Notes: generated from the letters alone by a model not told the origin. A stretch of DNA of 63,933 bases, filler included, from Aduncisulcus paluster (GCA_024181965.1; 36 parts of 36 records of this genome joined end to end with filler, not necessarily neighbours in it); one strand, 5' to 3'. Positions 24,301 to 37,211 are shown, counted from the whole stretch's first letter. Numbers and translations: made by a program.

Positions 24301-24900
24301 TTATTCTGTTTTGGGCATGTAATATACCCATTGGCCCTTCACCATTTTAATCCGTCCCCCTACCGTGGCTTGAAGTAGAGAAATCTTGCAATGCTTGCGG
24401 AAACAACGAAAGCATCGCGTTGTCATTATTCGCGTACGCCGCTCGTATTTTCGGAACCACCTTCCACAAACCCGGCATTTCGTATAAAAGTGGTAAAACA
24501 AACGAACCAGGCCTTCTGGATACCACTTTTCCAGCTTGGCCTCAAAAGTAGCCGGTTCAATCCCTTTCCTTTTTAGTATTTCATAGTACTGGGGTAGAGG
24601 CTCCTTGTCTGGATCCACTAAGTGAGATCGGAACTCATCATCTTTACACTCTATTAGTAGCCAGTAGAGTGTTGACAAAAACCTCTCAGTATCATGATCA
24701 GTATAGTATCTACTGGTCCGGTGCCGGGAGAAGAAGCCCATGTACCGCTTAATTGCCATGTGTACCATGTGCTTGGTGGGAAATTCAGGGACAGCGTAAT
24801 AAATCCCCTTGGGACGCGTACCCTCTTTAATGATCTCCTGCTCGGTACTGCTAGTCTTTCTTGCCTTTTTAACGGCTATTTGCATCCTAGGACCCACCAT
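24301..24900 (-). CDS. Orphan basic 199-aa protein with a putative C4 zinc finger
   Basis: Complete ATG..TAA ORF with CRVC-x17-CFRC. Confidence 0.55.
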   Translation of the reverse strand: MVGPRMQIAVKKARKTSSTEQEIIKEGTRPKGIYYAVPEFPTKHMVHMAIKRYMGFFSRHRTSRYYTDHDTERFLSTLYWLLIECKDDEFRSHLVDPDKEPLPQYYEILKRKGIEPATFEAKLEKWYPEGLVRLFYHFYTKCRVCGRWFRKYERRTRIMTTRCFRCFRKHCKISLLQATVGGRIKMVKGQWVYYMPKTE

Positions 24901-25488
24901 TTCTGATCAAAATTCTGACCTATGAACAACAAAAATGCAACGATCTCATATTGGTTCAAAACATCAGAATTTTCATATAAAAACTGGGCGATAAATTCAC
25001 TAAATTTTATTGCAATTTGTATTTCAATTTATTCCGATCTGCAAAATGGACATATTGATCTCCGTGGTGCGGTCGATGTGCATCGTCTGCAAACTCCGGT
25101 ATGACCTAGACATTTTATATGCTTACATATAGAGAAAGGTATAGGCTGGATTTGTCCACAAAATGAGCATATTCCATGGCCATAAATCCACCTTCGGAAT
25201 ATAACGCTATCTTGCTACAAGGGAATCATGATTATTAGCGTATATATGCTGGATAGTGTTACGAAACACCTTGTTAGAACTTCTCTCACTCGACAAATCG
25301 AAGTTCATGGCCGCAANNNNNNNNNNNNNNNNNNNNNNNNNNNNNNNNNNNNNNNNNNNNTTAATTAATTAANNNNNNNNNNNNNNNNNNNNNNNNNNNN
25401 NNNNNNNNNNNNNNNNCTTGCAAAGGAAAACTCCTATTTTATCAGACTTCCTTTACTTACCCTTATCAAACCATTTATTATAAATAGG

Positions 25489-26626
25489 TTGAAAAGCCCA
25501 GATTATTCAGGATTATTCAGTAGTGATCTTTCTTGGTCTTTCATTTTGATTGAAATAACAAAAGCACAGCATTATCATCCATACTTAGGTCAATTATCAA
25601 ATTCTCCTAGTTGGGCTCCAAGGTCGTGGATATGTTATCCAAAATCCCTGTGTTCAGAGGCTTGGTCTCTCTTCCACCCTGTTATTAGTCGATTTGCTGG
25701 GGAATTTAAACGTGTCACAACTTTTTGCTCAAATATTCTTGAATATTTTGCCAATTTATGTTATGATCCTTCTCATGCAGTTGAAGTGTTTGAAAGTATC
25801 AAAGACTATCTTGATCTTTGGTTCGAAGGGATTGTAGAAATATACAGACTTCATCACAAAACTGATCCTAGACGTTGGTCGGTACTATTTGCATTGTTAT
25901 CGACAAATTCATCTCTCATTCCGTATTTATCACCAAAATATGATGAGACGTTAATATGGGCTTTGCGGGGTAATCCATGGAGCTGCTGGCATTTATCTCC
26001 CCAAAAACTTCCTCAATATCCCTTAAATGTGAGTTCTTACCTTTCAACTTCTCATACTCAGAAATATTTCCATTCAATTCCATTTGTGTGTTTAATCCCA
26101 ACGATAGAAACCTTCTCTTCTCAATTGCCTTGTCGATCTTTCGGTTCAAATTTTGCTTGCCATATACCTCTTGGGATTAAAGTAATTTTCATCTATCAAC
26201 GAAATGAAGATCGAGCGGAATTATATTATTCTTTTTCAGGAGCCTCTGCAGATCTAAAATCCCTCAAAACTGTGAAATATTTCTATCAATTTGGACTAGA
26301 GAATGAAGAAATCCAAGATCTCCCAGAGTATATCACACATTCTTCTCTTATTCGGTACAAACCAGCTCATCACATACTTTACATTCATGAAATTAGATGA
26401 AGAAAGATCCTTGAGACAATCTTTGTATGATTTTGTTGAACAAACGAGTGCAGGGGTGGAGCTTCTATTTGATGAACAAACTTGTTCATTCGAAGGGTAC
26501 GATCAAGATGAATGGAGGAAAGAAATGGAAGATTTAGCATCAAACATGCTTGAAATTGAAGAAGTGGAGAAATCTGGCACTGACGCTTTTGACTGGTTTA
26601 TTGGGGATGAGTATGCTAGATTCTAA
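25489..26626 (+). pseudogene. Eukaryotic orphan family member with a frameshift near 26378
   Basis: ORFs 25489..26400 and 26303..26626 join into one protein colinear with the 10039-10583 paralog. Confidence 0.7.
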
Positions 26627-27040
26627 TCGCAGTTTTTTCAATAATTAACGATTTACTCCAAGAAATATCAATATAGTTGTTCTTCTGAGCATTTCTAAAT
26701 GTCTTCATCTATTTTTAGAAAATCTATTTTTGGAATTCCAATTTTGATTATGAAGCCAAAAAAAGGTTTGTTGGTCAATAAGCACGTTGCGCAACTACAA
26801 AGTTGTTACAAATAAACGTAACATGTTGTTTCCAAACAATGATTCGTTATTTCGAGAAAATTGATGTTAGACAAAAAATAAGCAAGTGGAACAATTTCAA
26901 CATATGAACGATTCAGTTTGCAGTGATCTTTGAAGTACTATAACAAAATACGTGAGGTTTATAATAAATAATTTGGAGATCAGTTTTTAATAGAAATAAT
27001 GATTGCTTGTCAGAGTTATTTTGGTACATTGAAAATTAAT

Positions 27041-30000
27041 TCACATCCAAGCTCTCCACCCATGGAATAAAGTTCCTAATCTCTCAGGATCTGTTGCCAT
27101 TCGAATGGAATTTATAGCTTGTTGAGTGCTCGAAATTTCCTCGTAGAGCTTCCCTCTGAAGGTTCTCTTCTCTCCCTCTCCACGACCTCTTCTTGGCCCC
27201 TGATAAAAAACTCCAATCGTCCATTGAAGCATCGACATCAACATGTCACGTTCATTTTTCACCCTTGAAATGGCTTCGGCAAGGATTTCAACAAATGGAC
27301 CTCCACACCCAGCACACCCCAAAGCATGGATGATGTTTTGCGTCAATCTGAATGGAATATCATCAGGCATGGGCAGTAAGAATACAGAAGCTTCAAATGC
27401 ATATTCTGTGTCGATGTGAGCAACACAACAAGAATGAACACAAGAATTGGGGGGTGAATTCTGAAGCATGATATTGTCTGGATGTCGATCTCCAATCCCA
27501 AAGAACATGCAAGCAGCCGAAGAAGCAGCAAGAGAATGAGTGTAGGTCGATCTGGCAAAACTCAAAGATCGAGCTGATGATCCAAATTGGAAATTAAACA
27601 AATCTCCAAGATATGGCTTCGTATGAGTTAATAATAGCTTGAATCGATCAATGCATCGTCTTTCCCTCTCTTCTTTGTCATCAGAAGCATGTCGTAAAGC
27701 AGATAAATACCTTTCATTCTCATTTTTGATGAACTCAGATTGATATTTAATGTGAATATCACACCCGTTTGTACATGGGTCAATTCTTCGATAAGTCTTT
27801 CCATTTTTGTTAACTGAAACAACTTTACACCCATTACCTTTACAAACTCGGCAGTGACGGTTCGTGTTCCGAAATGTTGAAGTTGCAAGAGCAACTTGTT
27901 CATTAATCGTTTTGACATTCTCTAGGAAGCCAACGCTAAGGATTTTCGAATTCATCTTTGCAATACTATATGTAGGAATTCTAAAGAACACGTTTTCACT
28001 GACCCCAAGCGAGGACAGAATGGAAGTTATTCTCAAAGTTGATGATTGGAGCAATCCAGAAGCATGAGACATTGTATTTGGCGAATGACTTTTGGAAGGA
28101 GATTGACGTCCAAAGTCTGATTCATTGACTCCATCCCTTCGACTGCCAATTATAGTGTTGAATAACTTGAACATCTGCATAACAATCACCGAAGTGTCAG
28201 GGGAATCTCCTTTGCAACGTTTTATACATTCGCTCAATGTTGATCCCGCATGTGAAAGCGTAATAATTTGCCGACTTCCATTAATTCCGCCCAACTGTCT
28301 AAAGTTCTTGCAAGAAAGACCAGCAAAAAGACACGATTGTTGCGGAGGAAGAGGTTTTCTTGACATAACAGGAACAGAAGTGGGAATATAGACGGGGCTG
28401 TCACCAATTCGAAGCAAACATTTCTCCCAAACGGCCAATAGAGAATTATCCATCTGTGATTTCCTTCGAATTTGAGGCTGTCCACCTTCAAATTCGTACT
28501 CTTTTTCTTTGCCTTCAAGAAGAACGGGAGAACCAACATGCTGACGGACTTGTTTCTGGAGAGAAATGAAATCAGAAGTCGAAGGAAACTTCATTTCGAG
28601 TTTAAGGGGAGTGAATTGCGCATTTAATGTATTCATTGTGAGTAAAAACTCATTTTGAATCCCTTTCACAAGGTTATGTGTCACAAACTTACACATTTTC
28701 AATCGGGAATCGACCTTTTCAGATCCTGAAGATCTTGAATGGCCAACAATGACTCTGCTTGAAGAAACACTACTGGCATTCGTCTGTCGTCTCTTAAAGT
28801 AGTTGATAAAATCATACTGAGGATCCAAAAACTTCTTTAATTCCCCCCTTTGTTTGTTCATAGATATTAAATATTGTGCAGTACAAATATAGGCGTTAAC
28901 AAGCTCAGAGCTCGATTGGATCGCACTGGAAAGAATATCACACGCAGAATTCAGTGCCTGGGCTTGATCGTGAGGTTTATGGATGATCTCTCTGACCACT
29001 GATGCAGACACTGTCGGAGAATCGAACATGGAGGCGGCAAAATGTTGAGCAGTGATCAACGGGAAGGTCAATGCAGTATTCTTAATTAGAGTAAACAGAG
29101 TATAACACACAGAATCGATCGAAGATAAGAAAACAGTTCGTTTGATTTCATCATTATCGCTATTTTGGTGTAGTTCAACAATGTTAACATCCAAAATTGG
29201 ATTTTTAGATGGAAAACTATCGCCATTCATGATATTATCAGCATAAAATGATGTCAAACCATTCAACAATTGTGGAAAGAAGGGAAGAAAAGCAAAAAAC
29301 GCGAAATTATATTTGTTGACGAACGAAGTAATATTTGAACAAATTTCATTCAGTAAAATTGCCTTGGACATCAAAACAAGATTTGACTTCACATGACTCT
29401 TGGTGATCCTTTTAAAAACAGGTTCTTCCTCCGAAGGTTCTTCTTCATCTTCTTCATACGTTTCTTCCTGAGATTCTTCAGATTTGATTGAGATGCTTCC
29501 CTTCCCTTGCGGAGATCTTCCTGAAATATTCATTTCTCGAACAAATTCAACAATCTCACCGCCAAGTCCAAGCAAAAGCTCGAGCAAATATACAACGCAG
29601 AACAAAATTCTCTTATCGGGGACAACTTCAACGAAGCTTTCGGAACAGAAATCAGACAATATCTGGCAGGCATATTTCACAGTTTCGGTGTGAGTATGAC
29701 TAAGAGCAGAGAAAATCATCTTTAAATCGTCTTCCCATCTCCTCTTAGCCGTCTGAATATACTTTTTATCATATGGATTCTTGATTCTGGAGCCAGATCC
29801 TTCTGAATACTTCTGCTGAAGGTCATGATCAGCGTTTAATTGCTGTAGACGATTATGGAGAGAGTCTAATCGATTTCTACACGAGGAGAACAGAGAGAAG
29901 CATGAAGACAAACTCGAGGGAACACTTTCAATCGGTGATGAGGGCGAGACATTTCCAAGGGCAGGAAAACCAAGAATAGAAGAGGAAGAGGAGCGTCTAG

Positions 30001-33000
30001 AACTCACAGGAGAGGTGGAATGTGAATAACTATCCTCGCGTTCATGCACAAGTCGTCTAATCCGATCCACACCAACACTCCTCACTCTAGAAGCGTAATA
30101 AGAGGATTCAGGATGGAGAAGTGAGAGAGAAACGGCCAAGTCTTCGGGCAAAAAAGAAACAAACTCTTCAATCCTTCGATGTTCCGCCAATGAAATATTT
30201 TGATCGCCATCATTATCATTGGTATGTCCAACCATGAATTTTGTGGCCTCCAAGAGAACACATAACTTGCCCCACGAAGAAGAAAAGGAAGGAGAGAAAG
30301 GTGGGAGTACGGTCGAGTGCATGTGTGAGCTTGAAGTAATATCCTTTGAGTCAGAAGTTTGCGTTGTTGGTTCTTCACCATTGATAAACACTCGGTCAAG
30401 CAAAACACTAACCGGAAGGTGTAAATAATCTCTCTGAGCTGTTCCGCTCACAAAACTCAACATCTTTAGTTTTTCCCTTCTCTTTCCTTCAAATAAACAG
30501 CCAGATCCATCAGAAATGTCACGTTCGATATGATTAGCAAGATCGGGAATATGGCCACGCATAAGTCTTGCCTTTTCTTCCCATTTTCCATAGCTTTTCT
30601 TCAACTCCGAGGACACATTCGCACTGAATGGACAGCCTGGCTCGAAAGACGAAAACATTGGGGATCGAGATGAGGACGCAAGAAGAGGAGAATGCTTACC
30701 AATTCCAGTAGAAGAAGAAACAGACAAACAATGGGCAAATGATACATTTTCAGCCTTCTCGACAGCTTTCTCCCAGTTTCCAAGTTCAGCAAGAGCCACA
30801 ATGTTACCATATCCATCACCAAATCCTTCTTTCTCAAGAGTTTCCATAAATAGAACAAGGGAAGGTAAAGGGGTTGTTATAGAGCATGTGTCACAACTGA
30901 GATGCAATAATGGTGCAAAATGGTGGAATAGAGAAGAGGAAGAGGAAATACCAAGCAATTGGCTCTGAATCTGTCTATCATAAGCTTCTTTCTCATTCGA
31001 TTCATCCCTCTCCACTGTTTCTTCCCCAGGACTTGAAACTGCATGATCTATTAATAGATCTTTCTTATTCCTTCCATATCCTCCTCCAACATGATCCTTA
31101 TCTTTGCTATCGTCGAGAAGAATGGATCGAAGCTTTGTACATCCTTCCCTTTCCCATAAGCATCCACACGAGTTCCACCAAGGCTGACTCCCACAAAGAG
31201 AATCATGAATGGAGCATATAGATTCGAAACACTGAGATAAACCATTTCTAGCACAACCTGAGGCCAAATGAACGAGGAAGTATGGGAAATATGGGTGAGA
31301 AAGACTCAGTGATAGGGCGATTGCTGAGAATGAGTGAGATTTCGGAGCTTCAGGAGAGATTATAAGGGAACACAGCGAAAATGGGGGAGTAGAAATGGTT
31401 GATGTAAAATTAATAGATGTAAGAAACATTCGAATAGCCATCAAACTCTTTCCTCCGAGAGTTGAAGAAAGATCTTCTGAAGAACTTCTCTGTTTCCCAC
31501 CAACAGTTCTAACATTGGCCTTTCTTGAATTTGGACTGGACGACTTACAGAGTTCATTGAAAACCAACATGAAACAATCGACAAAGGTTTCCAAATCTGA
31601 GGCAGAGAAACGATTAGTACGAATCTGTTCACAGAACCATTCTGTAGTTTGATAGAATGATAGACAAGCCATCAATGTAGGCACCAAAGAAATAAAGGGT
31701 GTTTCTAAGGGAAGAATAAGGATATCAGAAAGTGAATTGAGGATAGATACCCCAGATTCAGAGCCATATGAGTTAATAAGATCCTGTTCAGATAAGGAAG
31801 AATGGTGTCCATCAGTTGAAGTCGACGTTCGTTGTTTTCTCAGTCTTCTTCGGCGACGAGAACGACTCGATTCTGAATCTTCAAATTCTTTCTCGAGCTC
31901 ATTTTGTTCAACGGTGCCACTTTCCTCCTCTCTCTCTTTCTCAGCTGCTTTAAATTTCTCATAGCGTTCAGAAGCTTCTTCCAATACTTTTTTCTTCACA
32001 CAGGATAACATAGATTCCAATTGTGAACGAATCTTCGTCAAAGTGTACAAAATAGATCCCTCGCTGTTCCTTTCAGATATAAATAATGATTTCTTTGAGG
32101 CAAGAGATGCAAATAGTTGATTATTGGGATCTTTCCTTCCCTTGACATTCAAAAAGAATGACGAGTGTTGATAGAAAGAAAGGGGAATATTGATCGCAGA
32201 GAGGGGAAGAAGAGGAGATGGGGCCAAGAAAGAATCAACAAACAATTCGTTTCGAGCTCGAGTCTTATTCATACGACGTTCTTCCCGCTCTGCTTGTTTC
32301 ACTTGCAAACACCCGAGTTCCTCGAAGGCTCGATTGGCATATCCACTGTCAACCCTTCCCCTTGGCTTCACACAAAGAGAGAAAGGATTGAGATAGAAGA
32401 GGAGAGACACGGCCAACATGCATGATGGCAAGGAAGAGGCTGATAAGAATGAGCACAGAGAGGATAAAGATGAGAGTGTTGATAGAAAGAAAGGGGAATA
32501 TTGATCGCAGAGAGGGGAAGAAGAGGAGATGGGGCCAAGAAAGAATCAACAAACAATTCGTTTCGAGCTCGAGTCTTATTCATACGACGTTCTTCCCGCT
32601 CTGCTTGTTTCACTTGCAAACACCCGAGTTCCTCGAAGGCTCGATTGGCATATCCACTGTCAACCCTTCCCCTTGGCTTCACACAAAGAGAGAAAGGATT
32701 GAGATAGAAGAGGAGAGACACGGCCAACATGCATGATGGCAAGGAAGAGGCTGATAAGAATGAGCACAGAGAGGATAAAGATGAGAGTGACATCGAAGAG
32801 CCAGATAAAAGGAAGGAAAGAGTCGATGAAGAGGAGGAGGAGGAAGGATTGCCTGATATGGATGAGATCGGGGATGTAATGGTCGATCGAGGAGACGCAG
32901 CGGGACTCGAACCCCGAGGAGTTGTTCCATTCAATGATTCATTGCCAGATGAGGCTTCTCCCTTGGATGTTTTCTCAATCTGTGGGAATACAGTTGCAAT

Positions 33001-33813
33001 AATGGTCAAACTCAATGAATGCAGCATAGAATTCCACATCCAATCATCACAATAGCATCTACAGCCTTCCAAAAAGAGGAACAAATTATTGAACAGTAAA
33101 TTAGATTGAAGAGAGATGTTGGATAGTTCATTTTCTGACCCGTCATTATTCTGTTCCCACATTTTACAAGCAAACGGGAAGAACACAAGTTGCTTATATT
33201 TTCTCCTCTCTGGCTTTCTGTGGATGTAATCGTGGAAACATTTATATAATCGACTGTGAATATTACTAACACCAGTGATGGCTTCTTGGCTGGGTTGTGG
33301 AGGCTTGAAATAGCTATAATTGATATGAATTAAGTGTTTAAACGTGTAGAGGTGAGATCCACGCCAATGATTGGTGATTCGAGTTATCTCGGCAATTGCT
33401 CTATAACACACAATAACATAGGCACAAAGAGAGAAGAATGGGAAATCAAAGGCATCTCGGTTGTCATCTTCGGAAGGAGCCGTTTGCCCAAGCATTTCGG
33501 GTGGGATGTCAGACAATTCTCCCTTTTCATACTCATTGACAGTGTCAAGACTCTTACATACAACTCTGAGAAGCTCAGATAGAAGTCCGCAGGCCTCGTC
33601 TATGTGGAAAGATACTAAGTGAGAGTTCGAGTGTAAGGAGCATACAGATGAGGTTAACCCAGAACCAGAGTTGTCAGCAAGGAAAGCAGAGGATTGTGGA
33701 TGAGGAGTTGATTTGCTTGATTTGCTTGATGAAAGTTGAGATGATTGGTTATTGAATACATACGTGGAGAACGATGAACTCAACAAATTATCCTCCTTCA
33801 TTCTTCTTTTCAC
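27041..33813 (-). CDS. ATM/Tel1-like PI3K-related kinase, split by a 311-bp tandem duplication
   Basis: GIGDRHPDNIM, HIDTEYAFE, IPFRLT and the FATC end MATDPERLGTLFHGWRAWM. Removing the duplicate gives one frame of about 2150 aa, 5'-incomplete. Confidence 0.88.
32163..32784. repeat. Exact 311-bp tandem duplication with GAGTG junction microhomology
   Basis: 32163-32473 equals 32474-32784, and the ORF track shows identical translations offset by 311. Confidence 0.95.
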
Positions 33814-33937
33814 CCCATCGAAGAGCCAGATAAAAGGNNNNNNNNNNNNNNNNNNNNNNNNNNNNNNNNNNNNNNNNNNNNTTAATTAATTAANNNNNNN
33901 NNNNNNNNNNNNNNNNNNNNNNNNNNNNNNNNNNNNN

Positions 33938-34090
33938 ACTGTACTACTGTACTATACTATACTATACTATACTGTACTATACTGTACTATACTATACTGT
34001 ACTATACTATACTGTACTATACTATACTATACTATACTGTACTATACTGTACTATACTGTACTATACTACTATACTATACTATACTATAC
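33938..34090. repeat. (ACTAT/ACTGT)n pentanucleotide microsatellite
   Basis: Directly visible; the same motif recurs at about 35165-35193. Confidence 0.97.
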
Positions 34091-34361
34091 TTTCCACTGA
34101 GAGATGGCAGATGAAACACTCGTTAAACACTACTGCAGATGGAACCAAACAGAGTTCTCTCGCTTTTAAAGGTCACAGATTGTCATGGAGACACTTTATC
34201 AAAAATGACAACTTTCTGAATCTCGAGCACAATGATGTCCCTTTCCACTGAGAGATGGCAGATGAAACACTCGTTAAACACTACTGCAGATGGAACCAAA
34301 CAGAGTTCTCTCGCTTTTAAAGGTCACAGATTGTCATGGAGACACTTTATCAAAAAATGAC
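34090..34361. repeat. ~120-bp direct repeat, period 151
   Basis: CTTTCCACTGAGAGATGGCAG... at 34090 and 34241. Confidence 0.93.
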
Positions 34362-35193
34362 TCGATTCATGCAAGTCAAACAAGGGAACCATTGATTTCT
34401 AAAGAGAAGAACAGTATTCCAGTATAAGCGGTAATATATGGACACAATCCACTCAAAATATCTTACATATCATCATTACAAACTGGAAATCACTCTAAAA
34501 TAAGTGGCTAGAAGGAGAACGAACGGCCGGAAACGAAAACCGGTGATCAATTTAAATACTCAATTTTTAGGTCATATTATTATTGATAAGTCAGCAGAGG
34601 CTTCAAAAATAATATTTAAATCTAAATTGGATCATCATACGAGGAGATAGGATGAAATGCATACCTATTTGAGAATAGAAGACATTATTATTTATATAAA
34701 TAATATAATTGTTGCTCTAGAACTATAAATGTTTTTTTCTAATTGTTTTTGTTAATTGTTTTTCGTAAGGTGCAGAGAAAATGCGTTTTGCACATTGACT
34801 CCCCTTAGTCCAGGAAAAGTTGAATTCTTAAAACAGACTTATTTCGAATGAGATCGAATTTACAGTTATTTAATTCTTTAAAAAATATATTAATAGTTTT
34901 AAAAGGATAATATCTATCTTAACGGGAAATATGACACTCTTTTCAAATTCATCCCCACCAAGCTATGCTAAGCCCTTTAATTGTCATCAATAACCCTCTA
35001 TCTCCCTATGAACAAGAATGCGACGGTGAGACGAGGCGAAGAAAGGTGATAAAAAGGAAGCAAAGCCCCCACAGAATGTCCAGGCAGGACCAAACCCACC
35101 CCAGGGGAATTTTCCCTAGGTAGTTTATGGTGGATTAACCGATAACATCTTAATAAACTTCTTACTACTATACTGTACTATACTATACTATAC

Positions 35194-35354
35194 TGACTGT
35201 ACTTCTTCTTGTGACTGTACTTCTTCTTGTGACTGTACTTCTTCTTGTGACTGTACTTCTTCTTGTGACTGTACTTCTTCTTGTGACTGTACTTCTTCTT
35301 GTGACTGTACTTCTTCTTGTGACTGTACTTCTTCTTGTGACTGTACTTCTTCTT
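35194..35354. repeat. 18-bp minisatellite TGACTGTACTTCTTCTTG, ~9 copies
   Basis: Directly visible; explains the spurious VTVLLL ORF. Confidence 0.97.
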
Positions 35355-35454
35355 NNNNNNNNNNNNNNNNNNNNNNNNNNNNNNNNNNNNNNNNNNNNTT
35401 AATTAATTAANNNNNNNNNNNNNNNNNNNNNNNNNNNNNNNNNNNNNNNNNNNN

Positions 35455-35643
35455 CACAAATATGGTTGGCAATTCGATCATTTTCATTTCGAAGTTCTTA
35501 AAAAATCTCCAATTCGAATCAAATTGGATCCTTCTAAACCTCAAAGACTTTTTGCATCTTATAGTTTGATCTGCTATACCAAAGGTGATTTGCAGAAATA
35601 CTTTTACAACCCCATTGATTTTTTGAAAGGTCATCTAAGATAA
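35455..35643 (+). CDS. M23 family metallopeptidase, C-terminal end
   Basis: Manual translation KYGWQFDHFHFEVLKK...YNPIDFLKGHLR* contains the HxHFE and NP motifs; not in the ORF track. Confidence 0.7.
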   Translation, partial: HKYGWQFDHFHFEVLKKSPIRIKLDPSKPQRLFASYSLICYTKGDLQKYFYNPIDFLKGHLR

Positions 35644-35744
35644 CCTATTGATATTAAATCTAATACTCAACTTACTCTTTAAAAAGCACTACCAATTAAA
35701 ATGGCATAACGAAAAATAAAAAACTTCTGACGGGAAATATATTA

Positions 35745-36050
35745 GGTCTGACAGAACATTCGTTAGAGCCAACGGAACATTAGTTAGAGCCAACGGAACT
35801 TAGGAAAGTGTTTTTTGAGCCTAAAATGTACTCTTTTTACCTTCCGCTAGCTCCAACGGAAGTTCAAAACCTCTGTTTTAAGCTTCCGTTAGGTACTTTT
35901 TACCATCCGTAGAGCATTTCCTAAGTTCCGTAATCTTGTAAATACTTTCCGTAGGCTCTAACTTATTTTAGGAAATCCATTTCCTACGATAGGAAATGTT
36001 GTAAATACTTTCCGTTAGCTCCTAAACCTAGCTTAGGAAAATCTTTTCCG
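35745..36050. repeat. Degenerate 21-bp-phased palindromic array (TTCCGTTAG..CCAACGGAA-like)
   Basis: Cores at about 35758, 35779, 35842, 35884, 35905, 35926, 35947 and 36010; all spacings are multiples of 21. Confidence 0.72.
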
Positions 36051-36302
36051 ATAATGTCTGATACTGTCTTAAGTTTTATATTAAAAAGAGAAAGCAATTC
36101 ATACATCAAGAACCTGATATTATGAATATTTACCATGAATATCAGGAATTAACAAAGAAAAAAACACATAGTAAACCTCTCCTATTTAAGAATATTGAAA
36201 ATCATTCTTGTCTATTTATAATTTTTCTTTTTACCACAAGCAGTTCAATTCATAATGAATTAATATGTAAATTTACCAGATCTATTCACACCAAATAAGT
36301 GC

Positions 36303-37211
36303 ATGATTCTTTTGAAATTAAATTCAAGAGAGTTGAATCAACACTTCTTAAGAATTAATCAGTATATGATTCTGAATTACATTAATTGGAACCCCGAACC
36401 GGAAATTATTAATCTTTTCGGCATTTCGATTCGCTACTACGGATTGCTATTTGTAACAGGTATTTTTTTATGCATATCCATTTTAGGCTGGATTTTTAAA
36501 CGTGAAAATATTCCGGATGCCAACCTGGAGAAACTATCCATTTATGGAATTGTAGGAATATTGGCAGGAGCTCGCCTGGGACATTGTTTGTTTTATGAAC
36601 CAGCTTATTATTTTTCAAATCCTTTGGAAATGATTCTTCCTATTAAATTTTTAAATGAAGGAGGAATAAAATTTACTGGCTATCAAGGCTTGGCAAGTCA
36701 TGGAGGTGCATTGGGGCTTATTGTTGCCTTGATTATCTATTCTAAAAAAACAAAACATGCCATTCTCGATACTATTGATTTAATTGCTGTTGTAGCCGCA
36801 TTGGGTGGCGCTTTTATTAGGCTTGCCAATCTTATGAATTCAGAAATTATTGGAATGCCTACAACCAAGCCATGGGGATTTGTATTCCAAAGAGTAGATT
36901 TAATTCCACGACACCCAGCTCAATTGTACGAAGCCCTATCCTACTTTCTGATATTTGCCATTAGCTTTTGGCTATACAAAACCAAAAGAGAACATCTCAA
37001 AAACGGTTTCTTCTTTGGTCTTTGCCTACTACTCATTTTCACTGCTCGCTTCTTTATCGAATTCCTTAAAGAAAGACAAGTGGATTTCGAAGCCAACATG
37101 CAATTAGACATGGGACAACTATTAAGTATTCCCTACATTTTGGTTGGGCTTGGTTTTATCCTATATGCTTTTAAAAAGCATAAAATGCTAAAAGTTTCAC
37201 CTACGATATAA
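36303..37211 (+). CDS. lgt: Prolipoprotein diacylglyceryl transferase (start may be the ATG at ~36367)
   Basis: IRYYGL, GARLGHC, GLASHGG, RLANLMNSEI, RHPAQLYE; Bacteroidota type. Confidence 0.97.
   Translation: MILLKLNSRELNQHFLRINQYMILNYINWNPEPEIINLFGISIRYYGLLFVTGIFLCISILGWIFKRENIPDANLEKLSIYGIVGILAGARLGHCLFYEPAYYFSNPLEMILPIKFLNEGGIKFTGYQGLASHGGALGLIVALIIYSKKTKHAILDTIDLIAVVAALGGAFIRLANLMNSEIIGMPTTKPWGFVFQRVDLIPRHPAQLYEALSYFLIFAISFWLYKTKREHLKNGFFFGLCLLLIFTARFFIEFLKERQVDFEANMQLDMGQLLSIPYILVGLGFILYAFKKHKMLKVSPTI

Noticed and set aside
34095..34120. Hammerhead ribozyme in the 151-bp repeat (CTGAGAG...GAAAC)
   Set aside because: The core deviates from CUGANGA and stem II does not pair.
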